Assembly (NCBI GenBank): GCA_919902045.1
Contig: CAKKSP010000021.1
Coordinates: 1 to 61,754, forward strand
Length of the DNA stretch: 61,754 nucleotides
Reading direction: 5' to 3'
Origin: Omnitrophica bacterium GWA2_41_15
GTDB lineage: Bacteria; Omnitrophota; Gorgyraeia; Gygaellales; Profunditerraquicolaceae
In this document: in pieces, positions 27,904-37,959 of the stretch
Position numbering within the stretch: the first letter of the stretch is position 1
Layout of the letters: each line of letters opens with the position of its first letter
Made by a program: the position numbers and the translations under genes
Notes under the pieces: model-generated
Databases searched by the model: none
What the model saw: the letters and a program-made list of their open reading frames with translations, nothing else
What the model was told of the DNA's origin: nothing

Positions 27904-28972
27904 TTAATAATTTTAATAATTCATCAACGCAACGATCGTAAGAAACCTTGCGTAAAAGTTTTCCTTTTTTAAAAAGCACGCCTTGATTTTTCCCGAAAGC
28001 TATCCCTAAATCCGCTTCTTTGGCTTCTCCGGGACCGTTGACTACGCAGCCCATTACAGCAATGCTTGTAGGCGCGTATAGCGTATAGCGTTCGCCCGCC
28101 AAAGGCGGACAGGCGGATAGTTTTTTTTCAAGCTCTTTTACGATAGCAATTAAATCTACTTCGCATCTTCCGCAAGTAGGACAGCTTATAATCTCCGGGC
28201 CGAAATTACGTAATTTAAGCGCTTCTAAGATCGCCCTTGCTGCTTCTATCTCACGCGTAGGAGAATCAGTAAGTGAAATGCGAATGGTGTCACCTATTCC
28301 CTCATAAAGTAATGTCCCCACAGCGATACTTGATTTAATCGCTCCGCTAAACGGTAAACCTGTTGCCGTAACTCCTAGATGTAAAGGATAATCACAAACA
28401 TTCGCCATCAACCGATACGCCTCCACTGTTTCCTGTACATCAGAGGCTTTAAGCGATATTACGGTGTCAAAAAATTTCATCTTCTCGACCATGTGTAGAT
28501 ATTTTGTTGCTGCCAACACCAAACGCTTTGGCATGGATAATTTTGAATTTACGCCTGATCCTTCAACAGAACCGGAATTTAAACCAATACGTAATGGTTT
28601 TTTTGCAGATTTTAACGCACTGATTACTTGAGCAACCTCATTTTTCTTATAAATATTTCCGGGATTAAGCCTGATTTTATCAGCTCCCGATTCAATTGAT
28701 TCTATTGCCAGTTTCCAATGAAAGTGAATATCTGCCACAAGCGGAATAGTAATACTTGGTTTGATCTGCCTGATCGCCTTAGCATCGGCAGAATCTTTTA
28801 CTGCCACGCGTACAATTTCACATCCTGCTTTAGCAAGCTCATTAATCTGGGCAATGGTTTTTGCAATATCGGCAGTCTTGGTTTTAGCCATAGATTGGAT
28901 CGCTACAGGATGTCCGCCTCCAATAACAATATTACCAATCTTAACATTTCGTGTTTTTCTGCGCTTAATCAT
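27875..28972 (-). CDS. ispG: 4-hydroxy-3-methylbut-2-en-1-yl diphosphate synthase
   Basis: VAIQSM, RVAV, VADIHF, RLNPGN, SCPTCGRC, GCVVNGPGEA. Has a repeat-encoded internal loop and a repeat-encoded C-terminal tail. Confidence 0.95.
   Translation of the reverse strand: MIKRRKTRNVKIGNIVIGGGHPVAIQSMAKTKTADIAKTIAQINELAKAGCEIVRVAVKDSADAKAIRQIKPSITIPLVADIHFHWKLAIESIESGADKIRLNPGNIYKKNEVAQVISALKSAKKPLRIGLNSGSVEGSGVNSKLSMPKRLVLAATKYLHMVEKMKFFDTVISLKASDVQETVEAYRLMANVCDYPLHLGVTATGLPFSGAIKSSIAVGTLLYEGIGDTIRISLTDSPTREIEAARAILEALKLRNFGPEIISCPTCGRCEVDLIAIVKELEKKLSACPPLAGERYTLYAPTSIAVMGCVVNGPGEAKEADLGIAFGKNQGVLFKKGKLLRKVSYDRCVDELLKLLSHCERSEAI
28072..28120. repeat. heptamer-word insertion (GCGTATA x2 ... 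CCGCC-AAA-GGCGG ... GCGGATA) inside ispG
   Basis: Read directly. Encodes SACPPLAGERYTLYAP, which is absent from the equivalent E. coli IspG region. Confidence 0.75.
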
Positions 28973-30048
28973 TAGTGAATAAATTTATCTATCTTATCTT
29001 TAAATATTCTTAAAAAATCATTATAAGTAGCAAAAATTGCCAGCGTAACCATCAAACTAATCCCTATGCGCGTAATAACTAACTCTGCTTTCTGGTTTAA
29101 AGCTTTTTTACGTATTTTTTCAATTCCCAAAAGAAATATATGGCCCCCATCTAATACCGGTAAAGGCAAGAGATTAAAAATTGCCAGGCTTATGCTTAGA
29201 ACTGCTAAAAGCTGCACTAAAGCACCAACTCCTAAAGAAGCGGTTTTAGTAGTTACATAATAAATTCCTAACGGCCCAGACACAGAATCACGAAAAGACA
29301 ATTTTCCGCTTACAATACGCCAAAGCGCTTTATAAGTAAGTATCGTTAAATCATAACTTTTCTTTACTGCAAGGCCAAAAGAAGTGATGGCACCATGACG
29401 GACTACTACGGTTTCATCAGACGGAGAAATCCCCAGCATCCCTACTCGCTTCTTTTCGCCTAAAATATTCTTTACTTCATTATTGGTCAAAGAAACATTT
29501 ACTGATAAAATTTCCTCACCGCGTTTGAATTTTACCTCTACTGTTGATTTATTTTTAGATAAAATCTCATCCTGCAGCTCTTCCCATAATTTTATCTCTT
29601 TATTATCAATTGCCAAAATACTATCTCCTGCCTTTATCCCAACAGCCTCTGCGCCATAACCTTCAAGCACCTTTCCGACTTTAGTGGTAAAAGTTGGATA
29701 ACCGAAAGTAAAAATCAACCAAAAACAAATTATCCCCAATATATAATTAGCTGCCGGCCCTGCTAAAACAATCAAAGCTCTTTTACCCGGGGCTTGAGCC
29801 AAATATTCCCTTTCCCCACCCTTAAATTCTGCGCGTTCGTCTCCTGACATCTTTACATATCCGCCGAGAGGAAAAACACTTAACGAATACTCGGTTTCAC
29901 CTTTTTTTCTTTTTAATAGTTTTTTACCAAACCCAAGGGAAAACTCCTCAACTTTTACTCCGATTTTTTTAGCCACCCAAAAATGCCCGAATTCATGGAT
30001 AACGATCAGAATTCCCAATACTAACAAAAATATTATTGGCGCAAACAT
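28972..30048 (-). CDS. rseP: RIP metalloprotease RseP (site-2 protease, M50)
   Basis: HEFGHF zinc motif, a PDZ-like middle region, and NLLPLPVLDGGH. Confidence 0.9.
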   Translation of the reverse strand: MFAPIIFLLVLGILIVIHEFGHFWVAKKIGVKVEEFSLGFGKKLLKRKKGETEYSLSVFPLGGYVKMSGDERAEFKGGEREYLAQAPGKRALIVLAGPAANYILGIICFWLIFTFGYPTFTTKVGKVLEGYGAEAVGIKAGDSILAIDNKEIKLWEELQDEILSKNKSTVEVKFKRGEEILSVNVSLTNNEVKNILGEKKRVGMLGISPSDETVVVRHGAITSFGLAVKKSYDLTILTYKALWRIVSGKLSFRDSVSGPLGIYYVTTKTASLGVGALVQLLAVLSISLAIFNLLPLPVLDGGHIFLLGIEKIRKKALNQKAELVITRIGISLMVTLAIFATYNDFLRIFKDKIDKFIH

Positions 30049-30052
30049 TAAT

Positions 30053-31207
30053 TTAACCTCCGATTATTTTTTTTGCCTCACAACGAGCCCAGTTATCTGC
30101 CTCAAGAATTTGAGGTAGGTCCGGATGCAGGAAATTTTTATGCCTAGTAAGCACCTTCTCAACAACTTGAGGTATCCCCAGAAATTTTAACTTCCCACGC
30201 AAAAAACAATCTACGCATATTTCATTAGCAGCGTTTAATACGCAGGGCATTGTACCTGCATCCTGCGCAGCTGTATAAGCAAGCCCAAGACAAGGAAATT
30301 TTTTCATATCAGGTGCTGCAAAATTAAGGGATTTTAATTTAAAAAAATCTACAGGCTTGAGATTATTTGCCATCCGTTCAGGGTAAGTGAAAGCGTACTG
30401 AATAGGAAAACGCATATCAGTATCTGAAAGCTGGGCTAAAATTACCTTATCGCGAAACTCTACCATAGAATGTATTATAGCCTCAGGATGGATTACCACT
30501 TCTATATTCTGCGCCTTTACCTTAAAAAGATGCATCGCTTCAATTACTTCTAACCCCTTATTCATAAGAGTAGCAGAATCCACAGTGATTTTTTTCCCCA
30601 TTTTCCAGCGCGGATGCTTAAGCACTTCTTTAACAGTTATTTTTTTAAGAGCGGCTGCACTTTTATCTTTTAGCGGCCCACCTGAAGCAGTAAGATAAAT
30701 TTTATTTAAATAGCGGCTCTCCTGGCCTCTTAAACATTGCCAGATTGCCGATTGTTCACTATCAACCGGGATAATCAAAGATTTAAACTTGCGCGCTTCT
30801 TGCATCACCAGTTCTCCGCAGGCAACCAAAGCTTCTTTATTAGCAAGCGCTACGATTTTACCCTGACGGATTATTTTTAATAGCGGCAGGAGCGCCTGCG
30901 CCCCACTTATTGCCAAAAGCACCCGGTCAATGCGCTTATCTTCAAGCATGGCAAGTAAACCATCCATTCCCTCATAAACCTTAACATTAGATCGCCCTTT
31001 AAGCAGTTTTTTAAAACGCACAACAGCTGCTAAATCATTAATCGAGACGTATTCCGGATTAAACAACTTTACCTGCTTAGCAAGTAATTCTACATTAGCG
31101 CGCGTGCTTAGCCCCAAAACTTTAAATTCCCGAGGGAAATCTTTTAGCAGCTTTAAAGCACTTTCACCAATTGAACCGGTTGAGCCTAAAATTACGATAT
31201 TCTGCAT
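30053..31207 (-). CDS. dxr: 1-deoxy-D-xylulose 5-phosphate reductoisomerase
   Basis: ILGSTGSIGESAL, LANKEALV, PVDSEQSAI, LTASGGP, NAANE. Confidence 0.95.
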   Translation of the reverse strand: MQNIVILGSTGSIGESALKLLKDFPREFKVLGLSTRANVELLAKQVKLFNPEYVSINDLAAVVRFKKLLKGRSNVKVYEGMDGLLAMLEDKRIDRVLLAISGAQALLPLLKIIRQGKIVALANKEALVACGELVMQEARKFKSLIIPVDSEQSAIWQCLRGQESRYLNKIYLTASGGPLKDKSAAALKKITVKEVLKHPRWKMGKKITVDSATLMNKGLEVIEAMHLFKVKAQNIEVVIHPEAIIHSMVEFRDKVILAQLSDTDMRFPIQYAFTYPERMANNLKPVDFFKLKSLNFAAPDMKKFPCLGLAYTAAQDAGTMPCVLNAANEICVDCFLRGKLKFLGIPQVVEKVLTRHKNFLHPDLPQILEADNWARCEAKKIIGG

Positions 31208-31209
31208 AT

Positions 31210-32019
31210 TTATAATACTTTATGTAAGTACGCTACCAGGATAAAATAAAACACGGGAATAGCAAAGAGGAGGCTGTCTACTAAATCTAAAACCCCGCCG
31301 ATTCCTGGAATAATATTACTTGAATCTTTTACCAGGCAGTCACGTTTCATTAAGGATTCGGATAAATCTCCTAATTGGCCAACTAACCCTATTAGAAATC
31401 CCATCAGAGCCATCTGCCAGGCAGGCAAGCCAATTAACGGCCTAAATGCCAAACCAACCAACGCGCTTGTAATTAATCCTCCGAGGGTCCCTTCTACTGT
31501 TTTATTCGGGCTAATTCTTGGAATCAATGGAGTTTTTCCAAACCAACTACCAAAAAGATACGCTCCGATATCCGCAGATTTTGTCATACTAAGCACTGCT
31601 GCCAAATAACCTATACCGTTTTCCATATAACGGATCTTTATGGCAAAACTTAAAGGCCATGCCACATACATCAGGCCAAAAAGAGTGGTAGCAATACCGA
31701 CAGTAGCCCCGGAATTCTGCCGGCGCTTAAATTGCATCATAAATAAACATATGAGCGAACACACAAAAAGTAACAGCTCCCAGTTACGGGTAAGCTCAAA
31801 ACGGCTAAGCACTGAAAGCGGGATTATTACACCTATGGTTATCCCAAAGTATTTATAGATCTCGATTTTTTTGTTTTCAAGCATAGTAAAATATTCATAC
31901 AACCCTAACGCTACAAAAATCATTACCACAATCCCAAAAAACCAATCTACTACCGCGCTCAATGCAAAAAAACTTACTAAAACTATAGTACTTAAACTCC
32001 TTTTTAAAAGGCTAGACAT
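31210..32019 (-). CDS. cdsA: phosphatidate cytidylyltransferase
   Basis: Polytopic membrane protein with SPNKTVEG and the C-terminal signature GDLSESLMKRDCLVKDSSNIIPGIGGVLD. Confidence 0.9.
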   Translation of the reverse strand: MSSLLKRSLSTIVLVSFFALSAVVDWFFGIVVMIFVALGLYEYFTMLENKKIEIYKYFGITIGVIIPLSVLSRFELTRNWELLLFVCSLICLFMMQFKRRQNSGATVGIATTLFGLMYVAWPLSFAIKIRYMENGIGYLAAVLSMTKSADIGAYLFGSWFGKTPLIPRISPNKTVEGTLGGLITSALVGLAFRPLIGLPAWQMALMGFLIGLVGQLGDLSESLMKRDCLVKDSSNIIPGIGGVLDLVDSLLFAIPVFYFILVAYLHKVL

Positions 32020-32021
32020 CT

Positions 32022-32732
32022 TTAATTCGCCCCTCCAAATCGACGCTCTCTATTCTGGAATTCTTCGATTGCCCTGGCTAACCCTTCTGCGCCAAAATCA
32101 GGCCAGTAAACTTTTTCAAAATAAAGCTCAGCATAAGATAACTGCCATAATAAAAAATTACTGATGCGTTCTTCTCCGCTTGTGCGAATAAGCAGATCAG
32201 GGTCAGGTAACCCCGCTGTATAAAGATACCGGTTAAAAACATCAGGGCTAAGATCATTGATATTTTCTTTGCCTTCGATTACCTCTCCACACCATGCCTT
32301 GGCTGCATTGACTATTTCCTGGCGGCTTCCGTAATTAATCGCAACGACTACAGTCATGGCAGTATTTTTCTTAGTCTGCTCCTCGGCTTTACGCAGTTTT
32401 TTTATTAACTCTGGCGGAACAGGATCAACTTCACCGATAACAAGAAAACGAATATTTTTACGCTGCATATCTTTAACCTGGGAAGCAAGAAATCTATCAA
32501 TAAGGCCCATGAGCACTTTTACTTCAAATTTAGGCCTGGACCAGTTTTCTGAAGAAAAAGCATAAAACGACATCACTTCAATTCCCAGGTCATTACCTGC
32601 CGTTATAATTTTACGCATGCTTTCTACGCCAGCGCGATGCCCGGCAACACGCGGCAGGCCGCGTGCTTTAGCCCAACGCCCATTTCCGTCCATAATAATA
32701 GCTATATGCCTAGGTAATTTTGTTTTTATCAT
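32022..32732 (-). CDS. uppS: di-trans,poly-cis-undecaprenyl-diphosphate synthase
   Basis: HIAIIMDGNGRWA, FSSENW.RP, IRTSGE.R.SNFLLWQ.AY.E. Start placed at ATG 32730-32732 rather than the upstream TTG. Confidence 0.95.
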   Translation of the reverse strand: MIKTKLPRHIAIIMDGNGRWAKARGLPRVAGHRAGVESMRKIITAGNDLGIEVMSFYAFSSENWSRPKFEVKVLMGLIDRFLASQVKDMQRKNIRFLVIGEVDPVPPELIKKLRKAEEQTKKNTAMTVVVAINYGSRQEIVNAAKAWCGEVIEGKENINDLSPDVFNRYLYTAGLPDPDLLIRTSGEERISNFLLWQLSYAELYFEKVYWPDFGAEGLARAIEEFQNRERRFGGAN

Positions 32733-32818
32733 AATTAAGCTTGTTTGCAAAAAAAATACAAAAAAACTCCCCTATGCATACTCTCCCAAACTTAAGCAGC
32801 ATACTTAATAAGCAAAAA

Positions 32819-34399
32819 CTACTGGTGCACCCGATAATCGATTTCAGGAAACAAATTGTCTTTGCTTTCAATATCAGCAAGCCATGATTCATCAATCGCA
32901 TTAGACCTGATATCTTCGTAAAGCCGACTGAAACGCAGAATATGCTCTTTGGTACGTTTGACAGCGTAACTTGTGTGAGTCCCCGTACCAAGAATAAAAG
33001 CCCAATCGGAACTCTGCGCAAGCAAAAGTTCGCGAAGAGCCTGGTTAAGGGCACGCCGCAACACGCCGTTAGGATGGGTTTCTGAATAACTGCGGGCAAG
33101 TTCGGACATTCGTTCGCTGGCCTTGTGTAGATGGCGGTAAATCCAGTCATTGGGGCCTTGTAACCACATCTCACTGTAACCTTTCCATCCCCAGCTAGAC
33201 ATTGACGGCGTAACCACTTGGTTACGCGGATTTTCCGCCAGATACTCCGAAGGCGTAATCAAACGAATTGTTTTCTGGTCAAAATGAATTTTGCGAAAAA
33301 GATATTCCAGCCACATCGGGCCTTCATACCACCAATGCCCAAGAAGTTCAGTATCATAAGGAGAAATAATCAAAGGTTTTTTATGCATAAGGCCATACAA
33401 ATACTCTACCTGTCTCTCCCGGTTAAACATAAAATTCCCCGCATGTTCTGCAGTCTTTTCACGAGCAAGAGCAGGTGAATAAGGCTGTTTCTCATCGCTT
33501 CCGGTAATGCGAAAATATTTTATCCCGGTATTAATACGTATGCCATCAGGATGAATATAAGGTTTAATATATTCAAAATCCAGATCAAAACCGATATCTC
33601 GGTAAAACTCCCTGTAACAATGATCTCCCGGATATCCTTCGACAGAAGACCAAACCTGCTTTGAAGATTCAAGGTCCCTGCCAAAACAGGCTACCCCGGA
33701 CTTACAATACACCGGAGCGAATACTCCGTATTTAGGCCTGGGAGTTCCGTGCAAAACCCCGTGCGCGTCGGTAAAGAAAAACTTTATCCCTGCTTCACGT
33801 AAAAGCTCATCCTGCCCCGGGTAATACCCGCATTCAGGCAGCCATATCCCTTGAGGCTTACGGCCAAAAACACTCTCATAATGGCTTACCGCAACCCTTA
33901 ACTGCGCGCGTACTGAATCACGATGAGTATCCATGAGCGGGAAAAATCCGTGTGTTGCCGCGCAAGTAACTACTTCGATTTTACCGGCGTCCTGAAAGGC
34001 CTTAAAAGCAAGAACAATATTTCCATGATAACGCTCAAATATTTCACGTGACCTGCAAAAATTATTCAGATAAGTTACTGCCAAGTGTTGAAATTCCGGC
34101 TGCCAACGGGTACGCTCTACTTCTTTATGCGCTAATTCAATCAACCTATTAATATGTTTTCTGTACCGATTTTCAAGAAGCGGATCTGAAAGCATGGATA
34201 TAAGCGTAGGAGTAAGAGACATCGTCACCCGAAAATCAACCTTATCATGCATAAGCTTCTCAAAAGCATCAATAAGAGGGATATAAGTTTCGGTGATCGC
34301 CTCAAAAAGCCAGTCTTCTTCCAGAAAATTTTCGTGTTCCGGGTGGCGCACAAACGGCAGATGGCTATGCAACACTATACATAGATACCCTTTATTCAT
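32819..34399 (-). CDS. glycoside hydrolase family 57 protein (alpha-glucan branching/amylase-type)
   Basis: MNKGYLCIVLHSHLPFVRHPE N-terminus, GKIEVVTCAATHGFFPL, WLPECGY; 526 aa. Confidence 0.8.
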   Translation of the reverse strand: MNKGYLCIVLHSHLPFVRHPEHENFLEEDWLFEAITETYIPLIDAFEKLMHDKVDFRVTMSLTPTLISMLSDPLLENRYRKHINRLIELAHKEVERTRWQPEFQHLAVTYLNNFCRSREIFERYHGNIVLAFKAFQDAGKIEVVTCAATHGFFPLMDTHRDSVRAQLRVAVSHYESVFGRKPQGIWLPECGYYPGQDELLREAGIKFFFTDAHGVLHGTPRPKYGVFAPVYCKSGVACFGRDLESSKQVWSSVEGYPGDHCYREFYRDIGFDLDFEYIKPYIHPDGIRINTGIKYFRITGSDEKQPYSPALAREKTAEHAGNFMFNRERQVEYLYGLMHKKPLIISPYDTELLGHWWYEGPMWLEYLFRKIHFDQKTIRLITPSEYLAENPRNQVVTPSMSSWGWKGYSEMWLQGPNDWIYRHLHKASERMSELARSYSETHPNGVLRRALNQALRELLLAQSSDWAFILGTGTHTSYAVKRTKEHILRFSRLYEDIRSNAIDESWLADIESKDNLFPEIDYRVHQ

Positions 34400-34420
34400 T
34401 AAATTTTCCTTTATTACCTG

Positions 34421-34460
34421 TTCGACCTACGCGGTCGAATTTTCGACCGCGTAGGTCGAA
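34421..34460. repeat. 40-bp near-perfect palindrome (two 19-nt arms, each itself a hairpin) between the DUF4912 gene and GH57
   Basis: TTCGACCTACGCGGTCGAA-TT-TTCGACCGCGTAGGTCGAA, read directly. Confidence 0.8.
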
Positions 34461-34465
34461 GAAGG

Positions 34466-35500
34466 TTATTTGGTTTCTCTGGTTACAATGGGAGTAATCA
34501 CACGGTAATCAATATCATCGGCAGAATTTGCCTCAACCGGTATTACCTGTTTCCCGTCAGGAAGCGCAAATCTTAATGTAAATGTACCGTCGGGCCGTAG
34601 TTTTATTGCTTTTCCCTGAACCTTCACCTTTGCATCCGGCTCAGTCGCGCCATATACTATTAATTCAGTATTAACAATAAGCCAAAACTTGCGTTCTTTT
34701 GCCAGTTGTTTTTTTGCTCCGGTCGGGCTTGCCATTGAAGCCATGCCAGGAGAAGCAAGTATCCCCGAGAAGAGCTCTCTTTTTACGCGCTCCTGCCACG
34801 CCTTACCAATAGGGGAACTTTGACCTAGACCAAAACCCATACCATACAAACGGGCAAACATCTCTTCAGGAATCATCCATTCTTCTTCACCCGTTACCAA
34901 AGAAGGCCCATCAAGCGGAGTTAAAACAACGTTTGATCTCAGGAGCGTAATAAACCTACCATCAGCTAGTATTAGCCCCAAATCCACACACCATGAACGA
35001 CCGGCTGCCTGTGCATTAATATACCAATTAGTTGCCGCTGGGTGTATTTCAATATCATAATAGCTGTGGGCATTACGGCCGTTAAATTTGATATGGCTTA
35101 CGTCATAGACGCGTAACACTTTTTTGGCATGATATACCACGTCACCATATTCATGTCTTAATTTTTCAAAAAGTTCCCCCGTTGTCTCCCAATATGTATA
35201 CATCCACCATGGGTCTCTTACCAAAAGTACAATCTTGTTTTCGTTATATCCCCCGGGAAGATCCTGCGGCATAGGCCTTGGAGAAGATTTTATAATTTCA
35301 GGAGTAGAAAATTTAGTCGTACCAACAGCTACTTCGCGGGCCCCGAGAATTTCATTTTTAAATCTTGATTCCGGCAAAAGCTCTTTTTTTCTGCTTTTTG
35401 TTTCTGTAACACGCTTTACTGCACTCCGGCCTCTTTTTACTTTGGTTGCTCGATCCTTGATGGCTTTGATTTTGTTTTTAATTTTACGCAGTATTGCCAT
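34466..35500 (-). CDS. DUF4912-like protein commonly paired with GH57
   Basis: 344 aa. It has a basic N-terminal region, then LLVRDPWWMYTYWE... and a C-terminal beta-rich region. Domain recognised from memory only. Confidence 0.5.
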   Translation of the reverse strand: MAILRKIKNKIKAIKDRATKVKRGRSAVKRVTETKSRKKELLPESRFKNEILGAREVAVGTTKFSTPEIIKSSPRPMPQDLPGGYNENKIVLLVRDPWWMYTYWETTGELFEKLRHEYGDVVYHAKKVLRVYDVSHIKFNGRNAHSYYDIEIHPAATNWYINAQAAGRSWCVDLGLILADGRFITLLRSNVVLTPLDGPSLVTGEEEWMIPEEMFARLYGMGFGLGQSSPIGKAWQERVKRELFSGILASPGMASMASPTGAKKQLAKERKFWLIVNTELIVYGATEPDAKVKVQGKAIKLRPDGTFTLRFALPDGKQVIPVEANSADDIDYRVITPIVTRETK

Positions 35501-35529
35501 TTTAAATCACCCCACTTTCCTAAAACTAT

Positions 35530-35913
35530 TTATTTTTTTACCTGTTTTACTGCCACTAATGCTTCTTTAAGATCCTCTTCCAGGGTCAGCTTAAGTTTGG
35601 TCACTTTCTCTAATTCCTCATTTATACTTTTATTCACTAGTTGTTCTTGTAAAAGCACTTTTTTTGTAGAGTCTAACAGCAGCTTTTGTTCTTCCAACTC
35701 TTTATTAAGTTTGGTACTCGTTTCTTCGGCAGAACTAACTTTTTTTTGCAACTTCTCAAAACGTTCCTCTGCCTCAAGCCGGGAACTCATTTCACTATTC
35801 CATTTTTTTCTCATCTGCGCAGAATCCGAACATGACTTTACGGAGATGACCAATAAAAGCATCACCAAAACAGAGAGTATTAAAACTATGTTTATCTTAA
35901 CTTTTCCGCCCAT
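35530..35913 (-). CDS. membrane-anchored coiled-coil protein, function unknown
   Basis: 127 aa with one N-terminal TM helix followed by an E/K/L-rich heptad-like sequence. No recognisable motif. Confidence 0.4.
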   Translation of the reverse strand: MGGKVKINIVLILSVLVMLLLVISVKSCSDSAQMRKKWNSEMSSRLEAEERFEKLQKKVSSAEETSTKLNKELEEQKLLLDSTKKVLLQEQLVNKSINEELEKVTKLKLTLEEDLKEALVAVKQVKK

Positions 35914-35943
35914 TTAATTCCTCCTTGCCCGGTGCTAAAAATA

Positions 35944-36588
35944 TTATTTCAAATTCCCTTGATCCACGCCTTGCTTAACTTTTTTTGCCTCTTTTGCTTT
36001 GTTCGCAGGCGGTAAAATAACAATCTCTACGCGGCGGTTAAGTTGACGGCCTTCATTATTATCATTAGGAGCTACCGGTTGATATTCTCCGTAACCAATT
36101 GCGGCCAACCTCTTTGGATTTACTAATGCTTCCTCCTGCAAATAATGCAGAACGCTTACTGACCTAGCAACAGAAAGCTCCCAGTTGCTCTTCCAAGAAG
36201 AATATTTTATCGGCTCATTATCAGTATGGCCTTCTATACCTACTTTTAAATTCGGTACAGTATCCTTTAAAACAGTAGAAATCTTTTTTAAAATTGACAA
36301 GCACTCCTGACGAAGCTTATCTTTACCTGAATCAAAGAGGACATCGCCTAACACCGTAATTACAAGGCCACGCTCAAGCATCTGAAGCTTAACCTGCTTA
36401 TCGCTAATCTCCTGGCTTAATTTATCTTCAAGCATGGTTTTTGCCTGAGATAGTTCATCCAGCTGACGAGAAAGAGTTTCAATTTTTTCTACATCAGAAC
36501 GCCTACCGGTCTGAAAAATGAAGGTACATCCGGAAACCATACTTATAAAAACTATAATTGTCGCAGAAAATAAGATCTTCTTTTGCAT
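35944..36588 (-). CDS. OmpA/MotB-family peptidoglycan-binding lipoprotein
   Basis: Lipobox MVSGC, a coiled-coil linker, and a C-terminal OmpA-like domain (GHTDNEPI...NWELSVARS...GYGE..P.A.N....GR..NRRVEIVI). Confidence 0.8.
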   Translation of the reverse strand: MQKKILFSATIIVFISMVSGCTFIFQTGRRSDVEKIETLSRQLDELSQAKTMLEDKLSQEISDKQVKLQMLERGLVITVLGDVLFDSGKDKLRQECLSILKKISTVLKDTVPNLKVGIEGHTDNEPIKYSSWKSNWELSVARSVSVLHYLQEEALVNPKRLAAIGYGEYQPVAPNDNNEGRQLNRRVEIVILPPANKAKEAKKVKQGVDQGNLK

Positions 36589-36657
36589 ATTTTTGCCTCA
36601 CTTTCTTAATTTTTAATTGATTTTAGTTGGGATTTAACTATAACACGGGCAAATAGT

Positions 36658-37959
<1,302 letters not shown>

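Noticed and set aside
32710-33174. 154-aa minus-strand ORF spanning the uppS start and the GH57 3' end
   Set aside because: It is out of frame within the well-supported GH57 gene, has a Cys/Leu-rich low-complexity composition and no motif. It is an overlapping shadow ORF.
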